Virus record (IMG/VR): IMGVR_UViG_3300012952_003952
Location: 64,001 to 128,000 of that record
Strand: one strand, 5' to 3'
Length of the DNA stretch: 64,000 nucleotides
Origin: a virus
Taxonomy: Duplodnaviria; Caudoviricetes
Position 1 is the first letter of the stretch; each line of letters starts with the position of its first letter. This document shows positions 1-8,802 of the stretch, piece after piece. Under the pieces are notes generated by a model that had not been told where the DNA came from, ran no database searches, and was given only the letters and a program-made list of their open reading frames with translations. The position numbers and the translations under genes are program-made.

Positions 1-180
1 TATAGAAAGTGTTTTTCTTTATCACACTACGTTGCAATATTCAAGTCTAAAGAATTATATTTGCTCGATACAAATCTATGGAACAGAGATACAATATTTC
101 TATCGATAGATTCTTGGGTTGACATAGACACAAGAGAAAATCTTGATGATTTTTTAGGCAACAATGAAGTTAGTAGATAA
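1..180 (+). CDS. 3' end of a probable acylneuraminate cytidylyltransferase (NeuA/CMP-Kdo synthetase family); 5'-truncated by the window edge and absent from the ORF track
   Basis: Frame 1 is open from base 1 to TAA at 178-180 and reads ...NLWNRDTIFLSIDSWVDIDTRENLDDF. The DIDT.E motif is typical of the C-terminus of CMP-sialic acid synthetases, and a NeuB gene lies 4 kb downstream. Confidence 0.55.
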   Translation, partial: YRKCFSLSHYVAIFKSKELYLLDTNLWNRDTIFLSIDSWVDIDTRENLDDFLGNNEVSR

Positions 181-880
181 AAATGCTCTCGTTACAGGAG
201 CCACTGGAGGCTTAGGCAAAGAAATAGCTTTGTCTCTTGCTGCATCTGGATGCAGAGTTTTTATCACTGGAAGAAATAAAAAAGATTTAGAAAGTTTAGC
301 TAATAATCTCGGACCATTATGTTTAGGCCACCTTGTTTCTGATTTAGAGCAAGAAAAAGAAATAGAGTTATTAGCTATAGCAGCCAATAGAGCGGCTAAT
401 TTTAAATCTGGGGTTATTGATATTCTAATCAATTGTGCTGGAGTTTTTCCAGTTGGAGAAGTTTTAAATACTTCTTTTGAAGATTTTAACTCTTGCTTTA
501 ATATTAATGTAAGAGCTCCATTTTTTCTTTCTAAATTACTTTATCCAAACATGAAGTCTTCCAAATGGGGAAGAATTGTTAACGTTGGTTCTTCTTCTGC
601 GTATGGTGGTTTTGCTGGAACTTCTGTTTACTGTGCTTCTAAACATGCGCTTTTAGGAGCTTCTAGAGCGATGTATAACGAATTTAAAGAAAGCGGAGTA
701 CGGGTGTTTTCTGTTTCTCCTGGTTCTATTCAGACACCAATGGGAAAGAAAGTACTAAACCAAGATTACTCTACTTTTATGAGCCCTGCTGAAATATCTA
801 AGTTTATTTGTGAATTAATTTCTTACGACTCAAACATGATAGCAGAAGAGATTAGGCTTAACAGGGTTATTATCAGATGA
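164..880 (+). CDS. Short-chain dehydrogenase/reductase (classical SDR)
   Basis: TGATGGLG cofactor motif, INCAG, catalytic YCASK. Confidence 0.92.
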   Translation: MKLVDKNALVTGATGGLGKEIALSLAASGCRVFITGRNKKDLESLANNLGPLCLGHLVSDLEQEKEIELLAIAANRAANFKSGVIDILINCAGVFPVGEVLNTSFEDFNSCFNINVRAPFFLSKLLYPNMKSSKWGRIVNVGSSSAYGGFAGTSVYCASKHALLGASRAMYNEFKESGVRVFSVSPGSIQTPMGKKVLNQDYSTFMSPAEISKFICELISYDSNMIAEEIRLNRVIIR

Positions 881-1653
881 GCTATTTAGAAAAAATGTTT
901 TCTCTAGACAATAAAGTCGCAATAGTTACTGGAGCAGCAAGAGGAAATGGCAAAGCGATAGCTGAAGGTTTATTAAAAGCAGGCGCTAAAGTTTATATAG
1001 TTGATATTTTAGAGCAGACACTAAAGACTTGTTCAGATTTCAAGAGCGCTGGTTTTACTAAAGTCGAATATGAAATTTTAGATTTGTCTGATTTTAAAAA
1101 ATTGGAATCTTTCATAGATAAAGTTTATTCTGAAAACAAAAGAATAGATATTCTAGTTAATAATGCAGGAGTATCTTACTCGAAAGATACGCTAAGCTAT
1201 CCAGAAGCAATGTGGGATTATACCCATGCCATTAATTTAAAAGCGCCTTATAAATTATCAAAACTAGTTTCTCGATATATGATTAAAGGCGGAGGTGGAT
1301 CTATTATTAATATCACTAGTTTAAATTCTGAGCTAGCTTTTCCAAACAATCCAGCATATGTTGCTTCGAAAGGAGCTTTAAAACAGCTTACTAAATCTTT
1401 TGCCTTAGACTTAGGAAAGTTTAATATAAGGTGTAACAACGTTGGTCCAGGTTACATGAAAACAGAAATGAATAAAGTAAGTTGGAAAGATTTAGAAAAG
1501 AGAAAAGCTAGATCAGATAAAACCGTTTTAGGTCGTTGGGGAGACCCAGAAGATTTATCCGGCTTAGTGGTGTTTTTAAGTTCGGATTCATCGAGCTACA
1601 TTACCGGACAAGACATATACGTGGACGGTGGATGGCTCATAAAAGGTATATAG
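877..1653 (+). CDS. Short-chain dehydrogenase/reductase (gluconate 5-dehydrogenase/FabG-like)
   Basis: TGAARGNG, NNAG, YVASK and C-terminal YITGQDIYVDGG. ATGA overlap with the preceding SDR. Confidence 0.93.
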   Translation: MSYLEKMFSLDNKVAIVTGAARGNGKAIAEGLLKAGAKVYIVDILEQTLKTCSDFKSAGFTKVEYEILDLSDFKKLESFIDKVYSENKRIDILVNNAGVSYSKDTLSYPEAMWDYTHAINLKAPYKLSKLVSRYMIKGGGGSIINITSLNSELAFPNNPAYVASKGALKQLTKSFALDLGKFNIRCNNVGPGYMKTEMNKVSWKDLEKRKARSDKTVLGRWGDPEDLSGLVVFLSSDSSSYITGQDIYVDGGWLIKGI

Positions 1654-1654
1654 A

Positions 1655-2116
1655 ATGAACGAAAAAGAATATAGCGAAGGCGAATATGGCAATCCAGATT
1701 TAATGTGGGCCGACAATTGTCATGACGCCGTAGAAATATCTGGTAAGAAAGTTGCTTTTTTCTGTGATTCTACTTGTATTGTGTGCACCATGTGTTCTAA
1801 TATAGCTCCAAACAATTTTAGGTTAAGCGATAATGCAGATCACGATATATGCTACAGCCAGCCAAAAGATGAAGAAGAGCTAGATAAATGCTATGAAGCT
1901 CTAACGAATTGTCCAGTTGGAGCTATCGGCCATAATGCTTTTGATAGAAAAGAAGAAATGACTAAAGCTTTCCCCATCGGCCATCGCTTTGCACCTACAA
2001 AATATGATGGAAATGGAAACCTTATAGATCCCACTATGAAATCTTCAGGTACTAGAGAGTATTTAGGATCTACAAAAAAGTCTTTTTGGACTAAGTTTAT
2101 GGGGTGGATTAAATGA
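1655..2116 (+). CDS. Single-cluster ferredoxin with N- and C-terminal extensions
   Basis: CDSTCIVCTMCSNIAP (CxxCxxC) plus distal CYEALTNCPVGAIG. Confidence 0.8.
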   Translation: MNEKEYSEGEYGNPDLMWADNCHDAVEISGKKVAFFCDSTCIVCTMCSNIAPNNFRLSDNADHDICYSQPKDEEELDKCYEALTNCPVGAIGHNAFDRKEEMTKAFPIGHRFAPTKYDGNGNLIDPTMKSSGTREYLGSTKKSFWTKFMGWIK

Positions 2117-2158
2117 TAGAGGTAATATTTATAGCTAACAGCAGAGTCGAGGGATTGT

Positions 2159-3898
2159 ATGACAAAAAAAGCTAAAGTAATGTTTGTTAACCCGATAGTG
2201 GGTGTAGATGAGGGTGTATTGCCTATGGGGCCTGGTATATTAGTTGCAGGCTTGAGACAGGAAGGCCACACAGTAAAAGTATTTGATACCACCCAGTGGA
2301 AGATAGTTTCCGGCCATAGATCATCCGACCACGGCCCGAAAGAAATTAACGAAAAGTACCTTAACTTTGTTCCTGTTACCGCCGGCCATAAAGTTCCTCC
2401 AAAAGTTGTTAAGACAGAAGATGAAGTACTAAATTTATTTCGTGATACAGTCAAAGAGTTTAATCCAGACGTAATTGCTTTTACGGTTCTCTGTAGCCAT
2501 AACTGGGGAATGACAAAACTTCTCATGGAGCGCGCTGGAAAAACTAACGCTAAAGTAATTTTAGGCGGAAAGCATATTATAACAATGGGCAAGGAGCTCA
2601 TACAGACTCCATGGGTTGACGCATGTTGTTTAGGAGATGGAGAGTTAGCTCTTCCTGAATTCGTAAATAATGTTATAAATGGAGAAGACTATAGCAAAAC
2701 TTTAAATCTATCAGTTAAAATAGACGGAAAAATAATTCAGAACCCTCTAGACAAGCTAAACAGAATGGAAGACATTCCGTTTCCAGATTGGACCGATTAC
2801 GATGACAGGCTATTTTATAAGCCTCTTCGTGGCAGAATGTACCGTTATGGATATGTAGAAATAAGCAGAGGTTGCCCATTTAGATGCCCATATTGTCACA
2901 ATGAAAAAGAGCACGATATTTTTGCGGGTCTTGGAAAATTCATGAGGAATAAGCCGATTCCGAAAGTTATTGAAGAGCTGCAATGGATGAAAGACACGTA
3001 TGGAATCGAGATAGTTAAATTTTTAGATGAAGAATTTTTAGCTAAGCCAAAAAAATATCTTAAAGAGTTTGCCAAAGAGTATAAAAAGTTAAACCTCCCG
3101 TTCTTGCTAATGTGTCGACCAGAAAGAATGACTAAAGAAAATGCTGAAATGTTAGCAGACATGGGCTGCGTGCAAGCTTCTATTGGAGTTGAGTCTGGAA
3201 ACGAGTATATCAGAAAAGAAATTTATAAGCGAGGAATGGACAACGAAGTCATGATTCAGGGCTTTAAGAATTTTAGAGATGCTGGAATTTGTACTACTTC
3301 GCTAAACATGATCGGTGGACCATACGAAGATGCAGAAATGATTTTTGATACCATCGAACTTAATAGACATTTGAAAGCTGATGATGTACTTTGTAGTGTT
3401 TTCCAACCATATCGTGGTACTTCTCTTAGAGACCTTTGTATTAAAGAAGGGTTTATGACCGATGATGAAGAGTGCGAAGAAACGACGTTGGAAAATTCAG
3501 TCCTTACAATGCCTCAAATTACGCATGAAGAAATTTGGGGGTTTAGAAGAACGTTTGCTCTTTATATAAGAGCGCCCAAGATTCTTTATCCATTAATTGG
3601 GCTTTACCGCAAGTGGGATAATAAATTTACTCGAATGATTTTCAATGTTCTTTCTAAGCGTTATGGAAAACGAAATGGAGTAACGTACGTCGGCCACGGT
3701 GGAAATGGCAGAGGCTGGACCGAGCGACCTTTTGCTGAAGAAACAGAAAAGCAAGCTCAACTTAGAAAAAAGAAAGAAATGTTTATAGACTATGAGCAGT
3801 CTACTGAATTTACAAAGGGCTATGGCGACCTGTCCCAGCAAGATTGGGAAAAGATTCAGCATTTGGCACAGAAAAAAGAAGAAGCTTCAGCAAAATAA
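2159..3898 (+). CDS. B12-binding radical SAM protein (class B methyltransferase-like)
   Basis: N-terminal cobalamin-binding-like region (PMGPGILVAGL, VILGGKH, GDGE), SRGCPFRCPYC (CxxxCxxC), FLDEEF and GVESG. Confidence 0.92.
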   Translation: MTKKAKVMFVNPIVGVDEGVLPMGPGILVAGLRQEGHTVKVFDTTQWKIVSGHRSSDHGPKEINEKYLNFVPVTAGHKVPPKVVKTEDEVLNLFRDTVKEFNPDVIAFTVLCSHNWGMTKLLMERAGKTNAKVILGGKHIITMGKELIQTPWVDACCLGDGELALPEFVNNVINGEDYSKTLNLSVKIDGKIIQNPLDKLNRMEDIPFPDWTDYDDRLFYKPLRGRMYRYGYVEISRGCPFRCPYCHNEKEHDIFAGLGKFMRNKPIPKVIEELQWMKDTYGIEIVKFLDEEFLAKPKKYLKEFAKEYKKLNLPFLLMCRPERMTKENAEMLADMGCVQASIGVESGNEYIRKEIYKRGMDNEVMIQGFKNFRDAGICTTSLNMIGGPYEDAEMIFDTIELNRHLKADDVLCSVFQPYRGTSLRDLCIKEGFMTDDEECEETTLENSVLTMPQITHEEIWGFRRTFALYIRAPKILYPLIGLYRKWDNKFTRMIFNVLSKRYGKRNGVTYVGHGGNGRGWTERPFAEETEKQAQLRKKKEMFIDYEQSTEFTKGYGDLSQQDWEKIQHLAQKKEEASAK

Positions 3899-3914
3899 TT
3901 TTCTGAAAAAATGA

Positions 3915-3963
3915 ACTACTGAGCAAAAGCTTGTATAATAACAATATGGCTTTTGCTCAGAGT
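3915..3963 (+). promoter_or_regulatory. Inverted repeat enclosing a TATAAT hexamer; operator/promoter or hairpin upstream of neuB
   Basis: CTGAGCAAAAGC (3919-3930) and GCTTTTGCTCAG (3949-3960) form a perfect 12-bp inverted repeat. TATAAT lies at 3934-3939. Confidence 0.5.
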
Positions 3964-3997
3964 CTTTATTTGAGCTTTAAACTAATTGGAGATTTGT

Positions 3998-4861
3998 ATG
4001 TTTAATCCTTATAGGTCTAATAGACCCAACCCATTCATTATTGCTGAAGTGGGAATTAATCATAATGGTGATATAGATTTAGCAAAAAAGCTTATTGATG
4101 TTGCTGTTGATTCTGGTTGCGACGCTGTAAAGTTTCAAAAGAGAGACGTAGAAACAGTGTACACAGAAAAATATTTAGACGGTCATCGAGAAAGCCCTTG
4201 GGGAACTACTCAAAGAGAACAAAAAGAAGGCTTAGAGTTTTCTAAAGAACAATATGAAGAAATAGACAGGTACTGTAAGTCTCAAGGAATTATGTGGACA
4301 GCTTCTGCTTGGGATGAAAAGAGTCAAGATTTTATAAATGAAATGAACGTACCTTTTAATAAGGTTGCTTCTGCGATGGTTACGAAAATAGACTTCTTAG
4401 AAAAAGTAGCCGCTGAAGGAAAGCATGCTTTTGTTTCTACTGGGATGTGCACGATGTCAGATATTGATAAGGCTGTAAAAGTCTTCAAGTCTGCCGGCTG
4501 TCCTTTTACTCTTTTCCACACAGTTTCGACATATCCTTGTAACGATGTTGATTGTAACGTAAAAATGATAGAAACACTTCAAGAAGTGTATGGTTGTCCA
4601 GTTGGATATAGCGGTCACGAACGAGGCTTGCTGCCTTCTATCTTGGCAGTTTCTCTTGGGGCTGTAGCTTTAGAAAGACACATCACGCTTGACCGTACAA
4701 TGTATGGATCAGATCAATCAGCTTCTCTAGAGCCAGAAGGTTTACGTAGACTAGTGAGAGATACGCGCCACGTAAGAGCAACTATGGGAACTGGAGAAAA
4801 GACATATTCTTCAGAAGAGAGGCAAGTTTCAGAAAAGTTGAGGTATTTTGAAAGTGAGTGA
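3998..4861 (+). CDS. neuB: N-acetylneuraminate synthase family (nonulosonic acid synthase), short form
   Basis: IIAEVGINHNGD, DAVKFQKR, STGM, HTVSTYP, GYSGHE and ERHITLDRTMYGSDQSASLEP. The start is moved from TTG 3986 to ATG 3998 because GGAG sits at 3988-3991. Confidence 0.93.
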   Translation: MFNPYRSNRPNPFIIAEVGINHNGDIDLAKKLIDVAVDSGCDAVKFQKRDVETVYTEKYLDGHRESPWGTTQREQKEGLEFSKEQYEEIDRYCKSQGIMWTASAWDEKSQDFINEMNVPFNKVASAMVTKIDFLEKVAAEGKHAFVSTGMCTMSDIDKAVKVFKSAGCPFTLFHTVSTYPCNDVDCNVKMIETLQEVYGCPVGYSGHERGLLPSILAVSLGAVALERHITLDRTMYGSDQSASLEPEGLRRLVRDTRHVRATMGTGEKTYSSEERQVSEKLRYFESE

Positions 4862-5243
4862 AAAGGAAGCTAGATTTCTTCCTAGAAAAACCAAGCTAGA
4901 CATGACTCATGTTGATAAAGGCTGGGGCTGGGAGAGGTGGATTTGTAATGGTCCAGAATATTGTGGAAAACTTTTATTTTTTAATGAAGGCAAACGTTGT
5001 TCTTGGCATGTGCATAGATTGAAAGATGAAGTCTTTTATCTTCAGTCTGGAAAGATGATGATATACTATTCAGAAGACGATGATCTAACCACCGCTAATC
5101 AACTAGTACTTCTTCCTGGCGAAAATTTTCATGTTTATCGAGGGCTAAGACATCAAATGGTCGCGCTAGAAGATAGCGAACTGTTCGAATTCTCAACTCA
5201 GCACTTTGATAGTGATAGCTACAGAATTATAAAGGGTGATTAA
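4848..5243 (+). CDS. Cupin-fold sugar isomerase-like protein
   Basis: KGWGWERW, CSWHVHRLKDEVFYLQSG, and a second cupin motif GLRHQMVALED. Confidence 0.8.
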   Translation: MKVSEKEARFLPRKTKLDMTHVDKGWGWERWICNGPEYCGKLLFFNEGKRCSWHVHRLKDEVFYLQSGKMMIYYSEDDDLTTANQLVLLPGENFHVYRGLRHQMVALEDSELFEFSTQHFDSDSYRIIKGD

Positions 5244-5548
5244 TGATTTATTACGTAGATATCGATGAGACAATATGCGAATACGAAGAGGGAAAGAGAG
5301 AATATCCTCTAGCAAATCCAGTCAAAAAAAATATTAAAAAGATAAACAGCCTTTATGATGCTGGTCATACCATTGTGTATTGGACAGCTAGAGGAGCGAC
5401 TACGGGTATTGATTGGACAGACTTAACTTTAACCCAACTAAAAGAATGGGGAGCTAAATATACGGAAGCTAAATTGGGAAAACCCAATTATGATGTCTTT
5501 ATATGCGATAAGGCTATAAACACTTTAGATTTTTTTAATGGTGAATAA
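5243..5548 (+). CDS. Minimal HAD-superfamily phosphatase (capsule-biosynthesis type)
   Basis: DIDETI motif I, YWTARG motif II, GKP..D..ICDKA motifs III/IV. Confidence 0.8.
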   Translation: MIYYVDIDETICEYEEGKREYPLANPVKKNIKKINSLYDAGHTIVYWTARGATTGIDWTDLTLTQLKEWGAKYTEAKLGKPNYDVFICDKAINTLDFFNGE

Positions 5549-6583
5549 ATGAGAGTTTTAGTTACGGGTTCTGGAGGATTGATAGGTAGTGAAGCAGCCG
5601 AATATTTTTTAGCAGATCCTCAAAATATTGTCATGGGCATGGATAATAACATGCGTATGGTTTTCTTCGGACCAGGTGGAGACGTAAGCTCCACTATTCT
5701 AAGACTTTCAGCTTATAAAAATTATAGGCATAGAAATATTGACATAACAAATAAAACCTCAGTAGATGAAGCTATTTCATTGTTTGAGCCTGACCTTTTA
5801 ATTCACTGTGCCGCACAACCAAGCCATGATAAAGCTGCTGATATTCCTCATTTAGATTTTTCTGTTAACGCTAATGGAACTTTAAATCTTTTAGAATCAT
5901 TCAGAAATCACTGCAGTCCATCTTCTGTTTTTATACAAGTCAGTACTAATAAAGTTTATGGTGACGGCCCTAATCACCTTAATTTAATAGAGGGTCAAAC
6001 AAGATATGATTTTGCCGATGAAAAATATAAGAATGGCATAGCTGAAGATTTTTCTATTGATAATTGTCTGCACTCTCTTTTTGGGGCCTCTAAGGTTGCT
6101 GGAGACATTCTAGCTCAAGAGTATGGTAGATATTTTGGTTTAAATGTCGGAATCTTCAGAGGAGGCTGTCTGACCGGTCCGCAACATGCTGGGGTAGAGC
6201 TTCACGGTTTCCTTTCTTACATTATAAAATGTGCAAAATCTGAAAAGCCATACACTATTTTTGGGTATAAGGGAAAACAAGTTCGAGACCAAATTCATTG
6301 TTATGATGTCGTTAGAGCTTTTGAAGAATTTGCAGCCAATCCACGTCAAGGAGAAGTCTATAACTTAGGTGGTGGAGTCAAAAATAGTGCTTCTGTTTTA
6401 GAGATAATAAATCTAATACAAGAGGTGTCAGGAGACGAATTAAACTATTCGCTTTCAGAAAAAGCTAGAATAGGCGACCATATTTGCTATTATACCGACA
6501 TGTCTAAATTTAAATCTCATTATCCTTCTTGGTCTATGAAATATGATTTGAATACGATAGTAGAGGAAATGGTAAATGGATAA
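5549..6583 (+). CDS. NAD-dependent epimerase/dehydratase (CDP-paratose 2-epimerase-like)
   Basis: TGSGGLIG, HCAAQPSHD, STNKVYG, FGASK, GGCLTGP and GKQVRD. Confidence 0.88.
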   Translation: MRVLVTGSGGLIGSEAAEYFLADPQNIVMGMDNNMRMVFFGPGGDVSSTILRLSAYKNYRHRNIDITNKTSVDEAISLFEPDLLIHCAAQPSHDKAADIPHLDFSVNANGTLNLLESFRNHCSPSSVFIQVSTNKVYGDGPNHLNLIEGQTRYDFADEKYKNGIAEDFSIDNCLHSLFGASKVAGDILAQEYGRYFGLNVGIFRGGCLTGPQHAGVELHGFLSYIIKCAKSEKPYTIFGYKGKQVRDQIHCYDVVRAFEEFAANPRQGEVYNLGGGVKNSASVLEIINLIQEVSGDELNYSLSEKARIGDHICYYTDMSKFKSHYPSWSMKYDLNTIVEEMVNG

Positions 6584-7673
6584 GTGCAAAACTTTAGAGT
6601 TTGATAAATTTAAAGGCTTATCTGAAATTTACGAAGAAATTTGGGGATCTCGAGAAAGTCGCTCTCTTTCCAGGAATAGAAAAATAGAGTTTTTAAAAGT
6701 AATCTATCCTAAAGTTACAATGATGGCACTCATGGAAAACCATGGTGGCTTCTGCCCACCTACGGGAAACTATTCAGAATCAGATTTAGATTTAATTTTA
6801 CAAAAGCTTGAATCATATCCATTTCGATTAGCTGAAAATTTAGATTACGTTATAGATTTTGGCTCTGGTTTAGGCGCTTATTCAACTGCAGCTATAGAGC
6901 TCGGGATAGCAAAAAATATTTTAATGCTAGATGGAAGCAAGAAAGCTTTAGATGCATATGAAGATAGGCTGATAAAAACTGAAAATTTATTACTTTCACC
7001 AGAAAAAATAATTTCTAAAGTTACTAAATGCCACGTAAATTTAAACTATTTGGATTCCCTGATAGAGTTTTCAGGTTATAATAAAGCGGATCTAGTTTTT
7101 TCTAGATACGTTTTAATGCACACTGCAAACCCATTTTTATCAATATACAACATGACTCGTTTGTGTAAGTTAGGTGGAACAATTGCGTTTAATATCTTTT
7201 TGCCACAAGCAGTTCCTCCAGTAGTTAGAGAAGAAAGAATTTTTACTAAGCAGATATTGATTGAAAAAAAGTTAGAAGTTTTAAATAGCTTAGGAAAATT
7301 ACACGATTCAGATAAAAAATGCACTATAGAAGATTTTTTATCGAAAAAAGCTCTACCAGATTCATCATTCGACAAAATAAGAGATTTCTATAACAAATAT
7401 TTGATTCCAAAATATGGAATTGATTTAGTAGAAACTAAGTGCTTTCATGCAGAAAACTCAACCACTCCGTATATCCACACACCTAGCAAAGATTGTTTAG
7501 AACATTTTTTGTATGAAACCATGAAACTTCTTCCCCGCGATTCCCCAATAAAGTCATCTTCAGAGCCTGGAGTTCCAGAAGCAGAATATTGGGGATCTTT
7601 TAAAGTTACTGAAGAAACTTTAAAAACAACAGAAGATCAAATTCCAACTATAGAAATTGGTGCACCATTTTAG
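6576..7673 (+). CDS. Class I SAM-dependent methyltransferase
   Basis: VIDFGSGLG motif I, LMLDGS motif II, DLVFSRYVLMH, LCKLGG. Confidence 0.8.
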   Translation: MDKCKTLEFDKFKGLSEIYEEIWGSRESRSLSRNRKIEFLKVIYPKVTMMALMENHGGFCPPTGNYSESDLDLILQKLESYPFRLAENLDYVIDFGSGLGAYSTAAIELGIAKNILMLDGSKKALDAYEDRLIKTENLLLSPEKIISKVTKCHVNLNYLDSLIEFSGYNKADLVFSRYVLMHTANPFLSIYNMTRLCKLGGTIAFNIFLPQAVPPVVREERIFTKQILIEKKLEVLNSLGKLHDSDKKCTIEDFLSKKALPDSSFDKIRDFYNKYLIPKYGIDLVETKCFHAENSTTPYIHTPSKDCLEHFLYETMKLLPRDSPIKSSSEPGVPEAEYWGSFKVTEETLKTTEDQIPTIEIGAPF

Positions 7674-7762
7674 CCACTCTTCGAACAAGAAGATAAAAAA
7701 AGTTTTAACTCGAGCACATTTATGAATAAGTTTTTTAATAAAATTATAGACCTGAGAGAAAC

Positions 7763-8788
7763 ATGACCGATTTACCAAAAGTATCTGTTGGCTTTGTTAA
7801 TTGCAATAGACTTCACTATCTTAAAAGTTGTGTAGAGTCTTTTTTATATTGCACGCAAGAATACAATAACAAAGAACTTATAATCATAGACAATAATTCA
7901 GTAGAAGAAGGCACAGAAGAGTATCTGGCAGAAAAAGAAAGCCAGGGATTTATGATAATACGAAAAGACTATCGAGATCCTTCTAATGAATTTGCCACCG
8001 CGCTAAATGAAATAGTTAAGGTTTCTACTGGAGACTATGTAGCAATACTTCAGGGAGATATGCAATTTATCCTAAAGGGAAAATGGCTTCAAGATTACGT
8101 GTCTTTAATGACAATGCATAGTCTTCAAATTGGATGCATCTCTTTCGATGCGCAAAGAAAAGTAACTCATAACGCAAATCAGCTTTCTACACCAATTACA
8201 ATAAACGAAAAATTTAATTTTGTCGCTGATTTAAGTCGTCCCCCGCTGGCAGGAGCTGCAGACGCTTTCTATTCTAGAGAAGTTTTAGAAAAGATATTTC
8301 CTTGGGAAACTAAAAACTCTAGCCACGAAGGTTCCGATGATTCAGAAACTAAAATGCTCCAAAAAGTAGCAGCGCTAGTTTATAGAAATAAACTTAAATG
8401 GAAAACGATACTCCCAGTTATGCCAGTCGCTGCAGCAATCTATACAGATCCTCGAGGAACTAATGCTAGAGTTAGAGGAAATCGTCGATATGGAGTCTAT
8501 TGGCCTCCAAAATCTGATTTTAGATATTACGAAATTTTAGACTACGATCAATTAGCAGGTGATCAAAAAATGCTCAGGGAAAATCCATGGAGTATTGAAG
8601 AAGTAATTAAGCCGATTGGTTTTCATGCGCCAATAGATCAAAATGGATCTTGGTTAAAGAATCCAATCCGACCAGAAACAGCTCAGCCTGGTGACTGGGT
8701 AGAACTAGACTATTTTGATTATTCTAAAACTGATCCTCTTACGACGAGCGAAGAAGATAAATTTTTAGAAGAATGGCTAAACAGTTAA
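7763..8788 (+). CDS. Glycosyltransferase family 2 (GT-A fold)
   Basis: KVSVGFVNCNR, LIIIDNNS.EEGT, and GDYVAILQGD. Confidence 0.82.
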   Translation: MTDLPKVSVGFVNCNRLHYLKSCVESFLYCTQEYNNKELIIIDNNSVEEGTEEYLAEKESQGFMIIRKDYRDPSNEFATALNEIVKVSTGDYVAILQGDMQFILKGKWLQDYVSLMTMHSLQIGCISFDAQRKVTHNANQLSTPITINEKFNFVADLSRPPLAGAADAFYSREVLEKIFPWETKNSSHEGSDDSETKMLQKVAALVYRNKLKWKTILPVMPVAAAIYTDPRGTNARVRGNRRYGVYWPPKSDFRYYEILDYDQLAGDQKMLRENPWSIEEVIKPIGFHAPIDQNGSWLKNPIRPETAQPGDWVELDYFDYSKTDPLTTSEEDKFLEEWLNS

Positions 8789-8802
8789 ATTTGGAGTTTT
8801 AA

